The position numbers were made by a program, and so were the translations under genes. The notes beneath the pieces were generated by a model. The model searched no databases and was not told the origin of the DNA. It was given only the letters and a program-made list of their open reading frames with translations. Shown here in pieces: positions 49,529 through 59,790 of a stretch of 64,000 bases of DNA. Source of the stretch: Gammaproteobacteria bacterium. GTDB lineage: Bacteria; Pseudomonadota; Gammaproteobacteria; Ga0077536. The stretch covers positions 65,250-129,249 of the forward strand of contig SHZJ01000003.1 of NCBI GenBank assembly GCA_009692365.1, in the 5' to 3' direction. How positions within the stretch are numbered: position 1 is the stretch's first letter; each line of letters starts with the position of its first letter.

Positions 49529-51076
49529 TCAAAGCGTCCACTGATAGCACCAAGACTCCGTAATGGCCTGCTCGCTGGCCATCAGGACACAACGCAGTTC
49601 GATGGGATCCTCGCCCTCGGGCACGAGTTCGAAGGTAGTTCGCCAGATGCCACGTGCCTCAACCCAGCGTGTCGAAGGCGTCGAGAGTTGCCCGCGGGAC
49701 GCGAACAGCTGCGTTTTGACAGGGGCGTTGAGACCATGCAAGGCGTCACCACCAAAATCCACGATAAACAGCCGGGACTGCTCCTGGCTACCACGACCGA
49801 CCCGTGTGCTGACCACACTGCCCAGACGGGCACCGGCCACCGGCACGTCCCGGCACCAGTGCAGCCGATAGGTTGCCTGCCATTCGCTCCTCGCCGCCAG
49901 TGGTTCCTTAGGCCGCCAAAAAGCGACGATGTTGTCGTTACTCTCCCGGTCACTGGGGATTTCGACGAGCGTCACCGCGCCAGCGCCCCAATCGCCAACG
50001 GGTTCTACCCACGCGCTGGGACGGTTCTCGTAGTGAGAGTCGGCGTCTTCGTAGCTTTCAAACCGGCGGTTACGCTGGAGCAGTCCGAAGCCTTTCGGGT
50101 TGTGGTCGACAAAATAACTCACCCGCAAACGCTGGGGATTCACCAACGGGCGCCACAACCACTCGCCGCCGCCGTTGCACACGAGTAGCCCATCGGAGTC
50201 GTGAACTTGCTCGCGATAGTCATCAACGCCCTGGCGGTCGTTGGCGGCAAAGAAAAACATGCTCGTCAACGGGGCAATGCCGACCGTGTCCATCGCCAGG
50301 CGGGTGTACAGGGTGAGGTTCACGTCCACGATCGTCGACTCACCCGGCCGCACGGTGAAGGTATAAACCCCAGTACAACTGCGGCTATCGAGCAATGCGT
50401 GCAGCACCAGCGAATTCGCGTCCACTGGGCGCTCGAGGTAGAACTCGGAGAAAAAAGGAAATTCCTCGCCCTGCTCGGAGGCCGTGCCGATGGCCAGGCC
50501 CCGGGCCGACAGGCCGTAACCCATATTGCGCCCCAGCGCCCGGAAATAGCTGCCGCCCAGAAAGGAAATCAGTTCGTCCAGATAACTGGCGGTATTGAGC
50601 GCGTAGTGAATCCGCACACCCGCGAAACCATCGGTTTTTTCCAAGGCGCCGGGGCCCAGTGTGTTACCACCAAAATCGAATAAAGCTGGGGCGTAGCGCA
50701 CTTCGCGCGCCTGGTCGTCAGTCACATCGAAAACGCGCACCGCCGTTTTGTAGTAGTAGCCCGGGTGAAAAAATTGGGCCGTGAAGGCGGCGTCGCCCAG
50801 CCATAAGGCCTCCTGCGGGCGGTAACGGATATCGTGATATTGCTGGCCGCTGAGGTCCCGCAACGCCTTGGAAACGCTGGAGGATGGCGCCTGCAAAGGC
50901 TTTTCAGCCAGGGTCTTAGCCCGCTTACGGAGGAGGTCGAGCGTAAATGGCTTGGGGTCCGAAAACAGCGGCGTAGCATCTGCCTGCAGGGCCGGCAGTA
51001 GACCTGCCAGTGCCGCAAGACGGCTCAAAAAAGTGCGCCGGGAAACAGTCGGGGCGGCGGCAGAAAAAGTAGGCAT
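49529..51076 (-). CDS. opgG: glucan biosynthesis periplasmic protein OpgG (MdoG), Tat signal
   Basis: SRRTFLSRLAALAG twin-arginine leader, MdoG family body. Located immediately upstream of opgH. Confidence 0.85.
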   Translation of the reverse strand: MPTFSAAAPTVSRRTFLSRLAALAGLLPALQADATPLFSDPKPFTLDLLRKRAKTLAEKPLQAPSSSVSKALRDLSGQQYHDIRYRPQEALWLGDAAFTAQFFHPGYYYKTAVRVFDVTDDQAREVRYAPALFDFGGNTLGPGALEKTDGFAGVRIHYALNTASYLDELISFLGGSYFRALGRNMGYGLSARGLAIGTASEQGEEFPFFSEFYLERPVDANSLVLHALLDSRSCTGVYTFTVRPGESTIVDVNLTLYTRLAMDTVGIAPLTSMFFFAANDRQGVDDYREQVHDSDGLLVCNGGGEWLWRPLVNPQRLRVSYFVDHNPKGFGLLQRNRRFESYEDADSHYENRPSAWVEPVGDWGAGAVTLVEIPSDRESNDNIVAFWRPKEPLAARSEWQATYRLHWCRDVPVAGARLGSVVSTRVGRGSQEQSRLFIVDFGGDALHGLNAPVKTQLFASRGQLSTPSTRWVEARGIWRTTFELVPEGEDPIELRCVLMASEQAITESWCYQWTL

Positions 51077-51244
51077 GTCGGTCTAGAAAGTGCTCTTGGG
51101 GGCTCGGCAAACTATATAGGTAAATTTGCTGCGCTGCCGAAATTTACGCGCCCCGCCATCCTCGACTGTGGCGAATGAATCGCCGCTGAACTCGCCCCAA
51201 AACTGGCCTGCAGACGGCCTAGCTGCCCGTCCGCAGGCCTCCTG

Positions 51245-52690
51245 TCACCCGAGTTTGACGGGCACGAAGATCTCGGCGTCGTCGCGATGCACCAGCAATG
51301 CGATCTGGTCCCCAGAGCCCGCAATCAAGCGCTTAAGGTCTGCCGGGTTGGTCACCGGCGCCGAATTGACCGCGAGGATCACATCGCCCGGCCGGATCCC
51401 GGCGCGCTCCGCCGCGCCCTCTACCTCCGTCACCATCACGCCTCGTCCATCGCCCAGTGCGCGGCGGGCTTCTTCGTTGAGTTGTTGCACTACCGCGCCC
51501 AAGCGCCCCGCCTTTACCGCGTCGGCATCCCCTTTGTCGGTCGTGGCCAGCAACCCGCGTTCCATCGACCCCAGCGCCACCGGCACCTGCTTAGACTGCC
51601 CGTCGCGCAGCAGGTTAATGGCCACCGTCTCGCCGGGCTTCTTGCCGGCGATTAACCTGGAGAGCGAGGCCGAATCTTCAATGGCATCCCCATCAACCTT
51701 CAGAATGACGTCGCCGGCCTTGATGCCAGCCTTCGCCGCCGGCATGTCCTCCTGCACTTGGCTGACCAAAGCCCCCTGCGGGGTGGTCATACCAAAAGAG
51801 CGCGCGAGGTCCTGATCGAGCGACTGCACGGACACCCCTAGGCGACCTCGCTGAATCTTTCCGCCTTGCGCAAGCTGGGTCTCGACTTCCATCGCCACAT
51901 CCATGGGGATTGCAAAGGAGAGCCCCATATAACCACCACTCTGGCTGTAGATTTGCGAGTTGATCCCCACCACTTCGCCTTTCAGATTGAGCAGCGGACC
52001 GCCCGAATTGCCGGGGTTAATGGCCACGTCGGTCTGGATAAAGGGCACATAATTGCCGTTAGGCAGGGAGCGCGTCTTCGCGCTCACCACGCCCGCGCTC
52101 ACGGTGTTGTCGAAACCAAAGGGCGAACCGATGGCAATCACCCACTCCCCGACCTTGAGCGCGGAGGAGTCTCCAATCTTCAAAACGGGCAGCTTGCTCC
52201 CCTCAATTTTGATCAGCGCGACATCTGTGACCTCGTCCACCCCGATGACTTTGGCTTTGAACTCACGCTTATCGCTCAGCTTCACGTTCAACTCCTCCGC
52301 GCCGTCCACCACATGGGCGTTGGTGAGTATCAAGCCATCAGCAGAAATGATGAAACCCGATCCGCCACTGCGCCGCATCGGTCCTTCGCGGTCAGGCGTG
52401 GGCATGCCGTAGTGACGGAAAGACTCCGGCGCGTCTTCCTCTTGCGGCGAGCGCGATGGACCTTCGCGACGCTTGGTGAGCTTCAGACGGGTCGCGCTGA
52501 TATTCACGACCGCAGGTCCAGTGAGGTTCACCAGTTCGGTAAAGTCCGGTAGTCCAACCACCCGGGGCTCAGCGGCCGCGGTTTCGGCCGTCGCGGTTGG
52601 CACCAGCGTGGCTAAAAAGTCGTGTCCCGCAAACGTCGCGGTGACGAAAGCGGCGGCCACGGCCGATGCTAGAATTTTTTTGCGGTTCAT
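51245..52690 (-). CDS. Do-family periplasmic serine endoprotease (DegP/DegQ/MucD), two PDZ domains
   Basis: Catalytic triad context TNAHVV, DVALIK, GNSGGPL; two PDZ domains; signal peptide. Confidence 0.9.
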   Translation of the reverse strand: MNRKKILASAVAAAFVTATFAGHDFLATLVPTATAETAAAEPRVVGLPDFTELVNLTGPAVVNISATRLKLTKRREGPSRSPQEEDAPESFRHYGMPTPDREGPMRRSGGSGFIISADGLILTNAHVVDGAEELNVKLSDKREFKAKVIGVDEVTDVALIKIEGSKLPVLKIGDSSALKVGEWVIAIGSPFGFDNTVSAGVVSAKTRSLPNGNYVPFIQTDVAINPGNSGGPLLNLKGEVVGINSQIYSQSGGYMGLSFAIPMDVAMEVETQLAQGGKIQRGRLGVSVQSLDQDLARSFGMTTPQGALVSQVQEDMPAAKAGIKAGDVILKVDGDAIEDSASLSRLIAGKKPGETVAINLLRDGQSKQVPVALGSMERGLLATTDKGDADAVKAGRLGAVVQQLNEEARRALGDGRGVMVTEVEGAAERAGIRPGDVILAVNSAPVTNPADLKRLIAGSGDQIALLVHRDDAEIFVPVKLG

Positions 52691-52773
52691 TTGCGCTCCT
52701 CTTCGAGTTTTTCGAGGCGGCCCTTTGCCCCCCTCATGGGTCGGTAATGTGCCCGACCAAACTTAAGTGCACC

Positions 52774-54090
52774 TTAAGGGTGGCGCGCGCTGGCGGGCGG
52801 TGGAAAATCGACCCGCACCTGCGCGCCGCCGCCCGGAGCATCATCGATCGTGACCGAGCCACCGTGCAATTCGGCTACCCGCTTGACGATAGCAAGGCCA
52901 AGGCCGCTGCCGGCCGGCACCGTGCCGGGAACCCGATAAAAACGCTCAAAAACACGCGCACGCTCGGCCTGCGGAATGCCCGGTCCGTTGTCAGTCACGC
53001 TCAGACACACCCCCTGTGAGGTGGTCGTGGCGCTGGCCACCACGCGCCCACCCTCGGGCGTATAGCGCAGCGCATTCTCCAGCAAGTTCACGCATAAACC
53101 AGCGAGACTGCGCGCCTCGCCATCGATGACGACGCCGGCTGCGACGGCAATCACCAAGTCGATTTGGCGCGCGGCGGCTAGGGCGGCAACTTCTTGTCGC
53201 GACCGGGCCAATAAGGGGGCGAGTTCGAGCGGGGTAAACGCGGCGTGGGCATCAGCGCTATCGAGCCGCGCAACCGCCATTAAACGCTCGAGCAAGGTCG
53301 TGGAGCGAGCGATGCCGAGTCTGAGTTCTTCGAGCACCTCCCCGCGCTCGGCTGCGGTCGGGACCCGTGTGAGCAATTGCGCCTGCAACGCGATCGCCAT
53401 CAGCGGGGTGCGCAGTTCGTGCGCCGCATCAGCCATAAATTCCTGTTGGCGGGCGAGGACCTCTCGTTGACGCGCGATGAGGTCGTTGAGCGCCTCGGCC
53501 ATCAGTCCCACTTCCTGCGGTAAGTCCTGGTGCGGCAGTGGCTCGAGTGCGGCTGGATCGCGGCGCGAAATGGCGCTCGCGAGCGCAGAAATTGGGGCTA
53601 GCACTCGGCCCACGGCCCACCCGATCAACAGCGCCAACAACGGCAGCACCGCGAGCGTTGGGTAGAGCATATGGAGTGCTGCGTTGGTCGCGATATTGCG
53701 TCGGATCGACAGCGGCTGCGCCAGTTGCACAATCCACGGCCCTAACTGCATCGCGTACACCCGCCATTGCGAGGGATCGCCGGGCGCGCTGCTGTAACCC
53801 AACTGGGAGGGCAGCGACAACACGACCCCAGGGTGGGACTGGTAGCGCAGTACCCCACGCCGGTCCCACAGTTGGGTCACGATCTGTTGTTCCGGATCCG
53901 GATCAACCACCGCCACCGAACCCAAAAGGTAGGCTTTATCCTCCAGCGACAGCGCCTGTTGGCGCAGTTGATAGTCCAGCAGTTGGTCAACTTCGTGGCG
54001 AGCCCAATACCAAGTGGCGGTCGTCGCGGTGAGCGTGGTGACCAGCGCCGCCAAGAGCAGCACCACCAGCAGCCGACGCTGCAGCGACAT
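52774..54090 (-). CDS. two-component sensor histidine kinase (periplasmic sensor, HAMP, HisKA, HATPase)
   Basis: H-box AHELRTPL, N/G boxes NLLENALRYT, DNGPGIP, GSGLGLAIV. Confidence 0.85.
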   Translation of the reverse strand: MSLQRRLLVVLLLAALVTTLTATTATWYWARHEVDQLLDYQLRQQALSLEDKAYLLGSVAVVDPDPEQQIVTQLWDRRGVLRYQSHPGVVLSLPSQLGYSSAPGDPSQWRVYAMQLGPWIVQLAQPLSIRRNIATNAALHMLYPTLAVLPLLALLIGWAVGRVLAPISALASAISRRDPAALEPLPHQDLPQEVGLMAEALNDLIARQREVLARQQEFMADAAHELRTPLMAIALQAQLLTRVPTAAERGEVLEELRLGIARSTTLLERLMAVARLDSADAHAAFTPLELAPLLARSRQEVAALAAARQIDLVIAVAAGVVIDGEARSLAGLCVNLLENALRYTPEGGRVVASATTTSQGVCLSVTDNGPGIPQAERARVFERFYRVPGTVPAGSGLGLAIVKRVAELHGGSVTIDDAPGGGAQVRVDFPPPASARHP

Positions 54091-54749
54091 TAGCGTTCAC
54101 CACCCAATCGATAGCCCACGCCCCGCACGGTCACGATGCGCTGGTCGCCCAGTTTCCGGCGCAGGTTATGCACGTGAACCTCCACCGCGTTGCTGCCGAT
54201 TTCTTCGTCCCATCCGTACAGGCGCTCCTCGAGCTTGGTGCGTGAGATGACCGCCGAAGGGCGTTCCATCAGCGTTTGTAGAATGGCAAACTCCTTGGCC
54301 GATAGCGTCACCGCGACGTCCTCGAGCCAAACCTCGTGGGTGGCTGGATCGAGCGCCAAGACGCCGTGTTCCAGACGACCGCTGGCATGTCCCGCCCGCC
54401 GCCGCACCACGGCCCGAATGCGCGCCGCCAGCTCATCGAAATCGAAGGGTTTGACGAGATAGTCGTCGGCGCCGAGGTCCAGACCACGCACGCGGTCGGC
54501 GAGCGCGTCGCGCGCAGTGGAGATAATGACGGGGACGGCGTTTTTTGCCCGCCGCAGTGCGGCCAAAAAGACCAGGCCGTCTTGCCCGGGCAAGCCGAGA
54601 TCCAGCAGCACGAGTTCGTAGGGCGCGCCGGCCAAGGCGGCCTGGGCGGTGCTTGCATCGCGCGTCCAATCCACGCTGTGCCCTGCGTGTTGTAGGCCGC
54701 GGCGCAAGGCGCTGCCGATCATTTCGTCGTCCTCTACCAACAGGAGTCG
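54090..54749 (-). CDS. OmpR-family response regulator
   Basis: Receiver plus winged-helix (VTVRGVGYRL). Start trimmed to MRLLLVEDDE. Confidence 0.85.
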   Translation of the reverse strand, partial: RLLLVEDDEMIGSALRRGLQHAGHSVDWTRDASTAQAALAGAPYELVLLDLGLPGQDGLVFLAALRRAKNAVPVIISTARDALADRVRGLDLGADDYLVKPFDFDELAARIRAVVRRRAGHASGRLEHGVLALDPATHEVWLEDVAVTLSAKEFAILQTLMERPSAVISRTKLEERLYGWDEEIGSNAVEVHVHNLRRKLGDQRIVTVRGVGYRLGGER

Positions 54750-54911
54750 CATCAACAACCTCATCCAGCTATGGTTCTACAGCCCAGTGCACGCACCCCG
54801 GCCCCGTCGCGCGGCGCCGGTCATCGTGAATTGGCCGCGCGGTGATAGCCCGCCTCAGGGTAGGATTGCGCCTGAACCTGTGCTGCGTCCACTGCCCGGA
54901 GGAATCTGCTG

Positions 54912-56258
54912 ATGAACGACGCTTTATCACCGCATCTCTTGCCCAGCACCGCCGCGGGGTTGGAATCGCTGTGGATGCCCTTCACCCATAACCGGCTGTT
55001 CAAGAAAAACCCGCGCATCGTCGTCGCCGGCGAGGGCATGTATTACACCACGCAAGACGGCCGCCAGATTCTGGACGGCCTCTCGGGACTATGGTGCTGT
55101 AACGCCGGTCATCGTCACCCGCGCATCGTCGAGGCAGTCAAACAGCAGTTAGACCGGCTGGACTACTCCCCGCCCTTCCAGACCCAACACGACCGCGCGT
55201 TCGAGCTGGCCACCGCGTTAGCGGACATTGCGCCGGCTGGCCTAGACCACGTTTTTTTTGCCAACTCCGGCTCAGAAGCCGTAGATACCTCGCTAAAAAT
55301 TGCGTTGGCCTATCACCGGGCGCGCGGCGAAGCCTCACGCTTTCGCTTCATTGGCCGGGCCCGTGGCTATCACGGCGTGGGGTTTGGTGGCATCTCGGTG
55401 GGCGGCATGGTCGCCAATCGCAAAGCCTTTGCGGCGGCGATGCTGCCAGGCGTGGACCATCTTCCGCATACCCACGATCTCGCCCACATGGCGTTCAGTC
55501 GCGGCATGCCCACGTGGGGTGGCCACCTCGCCGAAGAACTCGAGAAAATGGTCCAGCTGCACGACCCATCAACCATCGCGGCGGTTATCGTGGAGCCCAT
55601 GCAGGGCTCGGCCGGGGTGCTGGTACCACCGCTGGGATATCTCGAGCGCCTGCGCGAAATTTGCACGCGCCACGGCATTCTGCTTATTTTTGACGAAGTG
55701 ATTACGGGCTTTGGCCGCCTCGGACATTTTTTTGCCGCCGAACGATTTGGCGTGACCCCCGACATCATCACTTTCGCGAAGGGCGTCAACAGCGGCATGG
55801 TGCCGTTGGGTGGGGCCATCGTGCGGCGGGAAATCTACGAGGCCTTCATGACCGGCCCTGAGCACCTGATAGAGTTCTTCCATGGCTACACCTACTCCGG
55901 CCACCCACTCGCCTGTGCCGCCGGCTTGGCGGCCCTGCAGGTTTACGCAGATGAGGGCCTGCTGGCGCGGGCCCGGGCCTTAGAGCCGATTCTAGAAACC
56001 TTAATGCACAGCCTGCGCGATGAGCCTAACGTGATTGATGTGCGCAATCTGGGCCTAGCCGCAGCGGTGGAGCTGGCACCGCGCGCTGGCGAAGTCAGCA
56101 AGCGCGCCATGGAGGTGTTTCATTATTGCTTCGACCACGGTGCCATGGTGCGCTACGTCAGCGACATCATCGCCATTGGCCCCGCCCTGACCGCCACCGA
56201 AAGCGAGCTCGAGCAAATCGTGGCGCTAATTCGCACGGGGATCCGACGGGCAGCCTGA
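54912..56258 (+). CDS. class III (omega) aminotransferase, beta-alanine/omega-amino acid-pyruvate type
   Basis: 448 aa, PLP-lysine region FDEVITGFGRLGHFFAAERFGVTPDIITFAKGV. Confidence 0.85.
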   Translation: MNDALSPHLLPSTAAGLESLWMPFTHNRLFKKNPRIVVAGEGMYYTTQDGRQILDGLSGLWCCNAGHRHPRIVEAVKQQLDRLDYSPPFQTQHDRAFELATALADIAPAGLDHVFFANSGSEAVDTSLKIALAYHRARGEASRFRFIGRARGYHGVGFGGISVGGMVANRKAFAAAMLPGVDHLPHTHDLAHMAFSRGMPTWGGHLAEELEKMVQLHDPSTIAAVIVEPMQGSAGVLVPPLGYLERLREICTRHGILLIFDEVITGFGRLGHFFAAERFGVTPDIITFAKGVNSGMVPLGGAIVRREIYEAFMTGPEHLIEFFHGYTYSGHPLACAAGLAALQVYADEGLLARARALEPILETLMHSLRDEPNVIDVRNLGLAAAVELAPRAGEVSKRAMEVFHYCFDHGAMVRYVSDIIAIGPALTATESELEQIVALIRTGIRRAA

Positions 56259-56334
56259 GAGGGTAGACCGAGACTTGACCCGCAACCGCTGCGGGTGAAA
56301 CAAAGCGGGCTCAAAAATCTTCTAAAGGGACGCG

Positions 56335-56856
56335 ATGAACTATTGTCCGCACTGCGCCACGCCGATGGTTAAGCGCAATTCTGGTGGTCGTGAGCGCGCG
56401 AGTTGTCCGCAGCGTCAATGCGGCTTCGTGCATTGGGATAACCCCGTGCCGGTGGTCGGCGGCATCGTGGAATGGAATAACCAGATCGTGCTGGTGCGCA
56501 ATGTGGGCTGGCCAACGAGTTGGTATGGGCTGGTGACGGGCTTCCTAGAAGCCGGCGAAATGCCCGAAGAGGCGATACTGCGAGAGGTTAAAGAAGAAAT
56601 CGGCCTGGATGCCACGCTCGAGTCGCACGTTGGAATGTACGAGTTCTATCGCAAAAATCAGCTCCTCATCATCTACCATTTGCGCGCGCACTCCGGGGAT
56701 GTCGTCGTGCAAGCCGATGAAATCGCCGACTACAAATGGGTGGCGGTGGAAAAAGTTCAGCCGTGGACCGCCGGCACCGGGCGGGCGCTGCAGGACTGGT
56801 TGCGCTCACGCGGGCTTGAACGCGAGATGCTGGATTTTAGCGAGGCGAATAACTAA
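56335..56856 (+). CDS. NUDIX hydrolase with N-terminal zinc ribbon
   Basis: CPHCATP...CPQRQCG, then Nudix box GFLEAGEMPEEAILREVKEEIG. Confidence 0.75.
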   Translation: MNYCPHCATPMVKRNSGGRERASCPQRQCGFVHWDNPVPVVGGIVEWNNQIVLVRNVGWPTSWYGLVTGFLEAGEMPEEAILREVKEEIGLDATLESHVGMYEFYRKNQLLIIYHLRAHSGDVVVQADEIADYKWVAVEKVQPWTAGTGRALQDWLRSRGLEREMLDFSEANN

Positions 56857-56863
56857 CGCGGGT

Positions 56864-57109
56864 TCAAGGCACGGGGTCGTGACCCGCGCCGCCCCACGGA
56901 TGGCAGCGCGCCAGCCGTTTGACCGACAGCCACAGACCCTGCCAAGGCCCGTAGCGGGCCAACGCCTCCAAACAGTAGGCAGAGCAGGTCGGCAGATAGC
57001 GACAACGGGGCCCCAGCAGGGGCGAGAGAGTGTAGCGGTAGCACCATACCCCACCCACGAGTAGCGCCAGCAGGAGCCGACGTACACCGTTGCGAAGTCT
57101 CAGCAGCAT
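56864..57109 (-). CDS. yidD: membrane protein insertion efficiency factor YidD
   Basis: [31 protein letters not shown]...[17 protein letters not shown] is the YidD signature. Confidence 0.8.
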   Translation of the reverse strand: MLLRLRNGVRRLLLALLVGGVWCYRYTLSPLLGPRCRYLPTCSAYCLEALARYGPWQGLWLSVKRLARCHPWGGAGHDPVP

Positions 57110-57156
57110 GTCCAGTTCCGAGCGCGGCCACGGGTTAGCCCAGCGTGGATTTGGCT

Positions 57157-57369
57157 TCAGACCGGGGCTTGCTGGGTGTCGCTAAAATACGCGGGCTTTG
57201 CGTAGCGTTGCCCACAGTAGTAGCAGTCCACCCGGGTTTTGCCGTCGAAACTCAGGTAGATCAAGGGATGGCCCAGCGCACCGCCGCCACCGTCGCACTC
57301 CGCGACTTCTTCGTCCTCGTCAATTTTGAGAATTTCTCGCGCTTCCATCGTGCTGTAACTCCGAGGCAA
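57157..57369 (-). CDS. small zinc-finger (zf-CHCC-like) protein
   Basis: [25 protein letters not shown]. The start may be the internal Met at 57348. Confidence 0.55.
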   Translation of the reverse strand: MPRSYSTMEAREILKIDEDEEVAECDGGGGALGHPLIYLSFDGKTRVDCYYCGQRYAKPAYFSDTQQAPV

Positions 57370-57464
57370 CTGGTTTTCCAGCGCGCCCTCATGACCAACT
57401 TGAAGATGTGCCTTATAGTAGCAAACTCAACCCCCGACACGGGTGCCGCAATCAAGGAACTACC

Positions 57465-57880
57465 GTGGCAAAAGCCAGCCTGCAGTCCGTGTACAACATT
57501 TCTCCGGACGAAATCTGGCAGCCCATCGGGAAATTCAACGCACTGCCGATTGGCATCCCGCGGTTCAAGGCAGCCGGCTGGAAGACCACGGCCAGGGGCG
57601 CCGCTTATCGCTACTGGGTGGTGGCGAAGTAGTGGCACGCTTGGAAATCATCGCTGAAAAAGAACGGCTCTATCGCTACAGCAGCCTTAGCAGCCAACTG
57701 CCGGCGGCCAACTACACGGCTACCCTTCGGGCCCGCGATGATGGCGCGGGCCGGGCCTTAGTAGAATGGTCGAGCGAATTTGAGCCCACCGCGGGCGCGC
57801 CGGGAAACGACCCACTGAAGGCCGTTCACGACTGCGCTCAGGCAGGCCTCGACAACCGCAAAAAAACATCCGGCTTGTAA
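57465..57880 (+). pseudogene. SRPBCC (Bet v1-like) protein, frame interrupted by an apparent 1-nt deletion near 57543-57546
   Basis: GTG at 57465 with an AAGGA RBS 6 nt upstream. Frame 0 gives VAKASLQSVYNISPDEIWQPIGKFNAL. Frame 2 continues ADWHPAVQGSRLEDHGQGRRLSLLGGGEVVARLEII...YTATLRARDDGAGRALVEWSSEFEP. Inserting one G after ctg at ~57544 restores NALADWHPAV. Confidence 0.6.
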
Positions 57881-57913
57881 CTCAAATCAACCAGCAATTA
57901 ACGAGAAAAACCC

Positions 57914-58294
57914 ATGATTGAAGCCCGTTTTACGGAAGAGCACGCCTGGGTCAGGATCGACGAGGATGGCATTGCCATTATCGGAATCTCCGACCATGCC
58001 CAGGAACAACTGGGCGATATCGTGTTTGTGCAACTGCCAGACCTTGGGCGCGACCTCCTGCAAGGCGAGGACTGCGCCCTGATCGAATCCGTAAAAACCA
58101 CCAGCGACGTCAAATGTCCACTCAGCGGCCGGGTTATTGAGGTCAACGAGATGCTCCTTGATGAGCCGGACAAACTCAATGAAGCGGCACTGGACGAGGG
58201 CTGGCTGTTTAAAGTTGAACCCTCCGACGAAGCCGAGTACGAAGACCTTATGGATGCCGAAGACTACGAGGACTTCGTCGATAGCCTGGGTTAG
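57914..58294 (+). CDS. gcvH: glycine cleavage system H protein (lipoyl carrier)
   Basis: 126 aa; GISDHAQEQLGDIVFVQLP...ESVKTTSDVKCPLSGRV with the lipoyl-lysine in SVKT. Confidence 0.85.
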   Translation: MIEARFTEEHAWVRIDEDGIAIIGISDHAQEQLGDIVFVQLPDLGRDLLQGEDCALIESVKTTSDVKCPLSGRVIEVNEMLLDEPDKLNEAALDEGWLFKVEPSDEAEYEDLMDAEDYEDFVDSLG

Positions 58295-58301
58295 TGGCCA
58301 G

Positions 58302-59747
58302 TTAGTCCGGCGGCCGACTTGCCGCGCGCCAACGCGCTAATTGCCCGGCGATCTGGCTGCCCACGGCTATTTGCGGCTGAGAAGATTCCTTGCCCTCGCG
58401 CTTCTCGCGCTCCCCGATAGCCTTTTTAGCCGCCTCGAATGCACCGATAAAATCCTGCTCCACGCCCAGCGCATCCCGGAAAAAAGCCCGACCGAAATAG
58501 GTCCATCGCCGCGCGTGCGCACAGCCAAAAGACGCCCGATTCGACGCCGAAGAAGTGATCACTAGGCTCTGAGGATTAGCGAGCACGGGCAGGAAAGCTC
58601 CCGAATAGCACGCATTGACCACCAGCACCCGCCACTGAATACCGGCGCGATCGAGCATCTGGGAGAGCTCGGCCGGGGTCAAGTTGTGGAGCCCAAGGGA
58701 CGGGAAATCGATCACCAAATTGCCCTTCGACGTGCCATGAGAGGTTAAAAATAAAAAAAGTATGTCTTCGCGAACGTCCATTTTTTGGGCGACCGACTGC
58801 AGCGCCGAACCGAGATTGGAACCGCTGGCCAGAGGCAATTCAGTGAGCGTGCGGCGGGAGTTGACCAAGCGCACAGAACGTCTCGCAGTCCCCGCCGTGC
58901 GCGCCATGAGGTCGCTAACTTGGCCGACCTCACGGCGAAACACACCTTCTTCCGCCACCCCGGCAAACCCCAAAAAGAATAGATCAGGATGATTGGGTAG
59001 ACCGGGGCTCACTGCCAGAAGTTGGCGCTCGAGGAGCCCGGCTTGCGCGGCGTAGACCGCTTCGATGTCGAGAGGATCTTCCGCCGCCACTGCGGGCGCG
59101 GTGAACAGCGGCTCCGCGGGCAGAAACTCGTGCGTCAGGCTAAGCATTGACCCATACGCGACGCCCAAAGCCAGCAACGACCAGCCGAATCGCAGGCCGT
59201 CCAAATGGAGCGCCCGCATCATAATCAGGCTTTGCCAAACCAGCATGGCCCACCAAAGGACCTGCTCAAGCGGTATCGCGGCCGGATCTGCCACCCCAGC
59301 AAGGCTGGTAGACGCTGCCATCCAAACCAACCACATGCTCGCATCGGCCGCGCAGCAGGCCGTGGCGAGCCCCAGAAATCCGCCTGGGCGGCGCGCCGTC
59401 ACCGCGACCAGGGCCAATAGCCCTAGGCCGACGTAGCTGCGCCCAGCGGCGAGAGCGAAGCCGAAAAGCGAGGCCTGCACGGCGCCTTCCTCAACGCGCC
59501 AATCGTCTAGGTACACGAAAATCCAACCCACGAGAATCAGCGCCATGAGCTGTCCTAGCGAGGGTACAAACGAGGGGCGAGGGATACCCAGTGCCAATTT
59601 GGCACCCGCCCCCAGATTATGTAACAGCCGGGCGAACGCCCGCCACGCCAGGTGGTCCAAACGTGACGAACGGGCGACCTCGACGGTTGATGGCGTAAGC
59701 ATGCGTGCAGCGTTGGCGATTGCGGCATGCCGCGATTTGGGGCTCAA
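58302..59747 (-). CDS. membrane-anchored C13 (legumain-like) peptidase-family protein
   Basis: N-terminal ~250 aa hold several predicted TM helices. The C-terminal domain has the His-Gly and Cys dyad context (LFLTSHGTSKG ... VVNACYSGAF) of clan CD C13 peptidases. Confidence 0.6.
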   Translation of the reverse strand: MSPKSRHAAIANAARMLTPSTVEVARSSRLDHLAWRAFARLLHNLGAGAKLALGIPRPSFVPSLGQLMALILVGWIFVYLDDWRVEEGAVQASLFGFALAAGRSYVGLGLLALVAVTARRPGGFLGLATACCAADASMWLVWMAASTSLAGVADPAAIPLEQVLWWAMLVWQSLIMMRALHLDGLRFGWSLLALGVAYGSMLSLTHEFLPAEPLFTAPAVAAEDPLDIEAVYAAQAGLLERQLLAVSPGLPNHPDLFFLGFAGVAEEGVFRREVGQVSDLMARTAGTARRSVRLVNSRRTLTELPLASGSNLGSALQSVAQKMDVREDILFLFLTSHGTSKGNLVIDFPSLGLHNLTPAELSQMLDRAGIQWRVLVVNACYSGAFLPVLANPQSLVITSSASNRASFGCAHARRWTYFGRAFFRDALGVEQDFIGAFEAAKKAIGEREKREGKESSQPQIAVGSQIAGQLARWRAASRPPD

Positions 59748-59790
59748 TATTGCCCCGAGCTCTCATCAATCGTAAAGGACAACGCAAACC

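Noticed and set aside
57145-57657. 170-aa plus-strand ORF spanning the zf-CHCC gene (antisense) and the SRPBCC 5' region
   Set aside because: It is out of frame with both SRPBCC halves and has no motif. The SRPBCC reconstruction explains the coding signal here.
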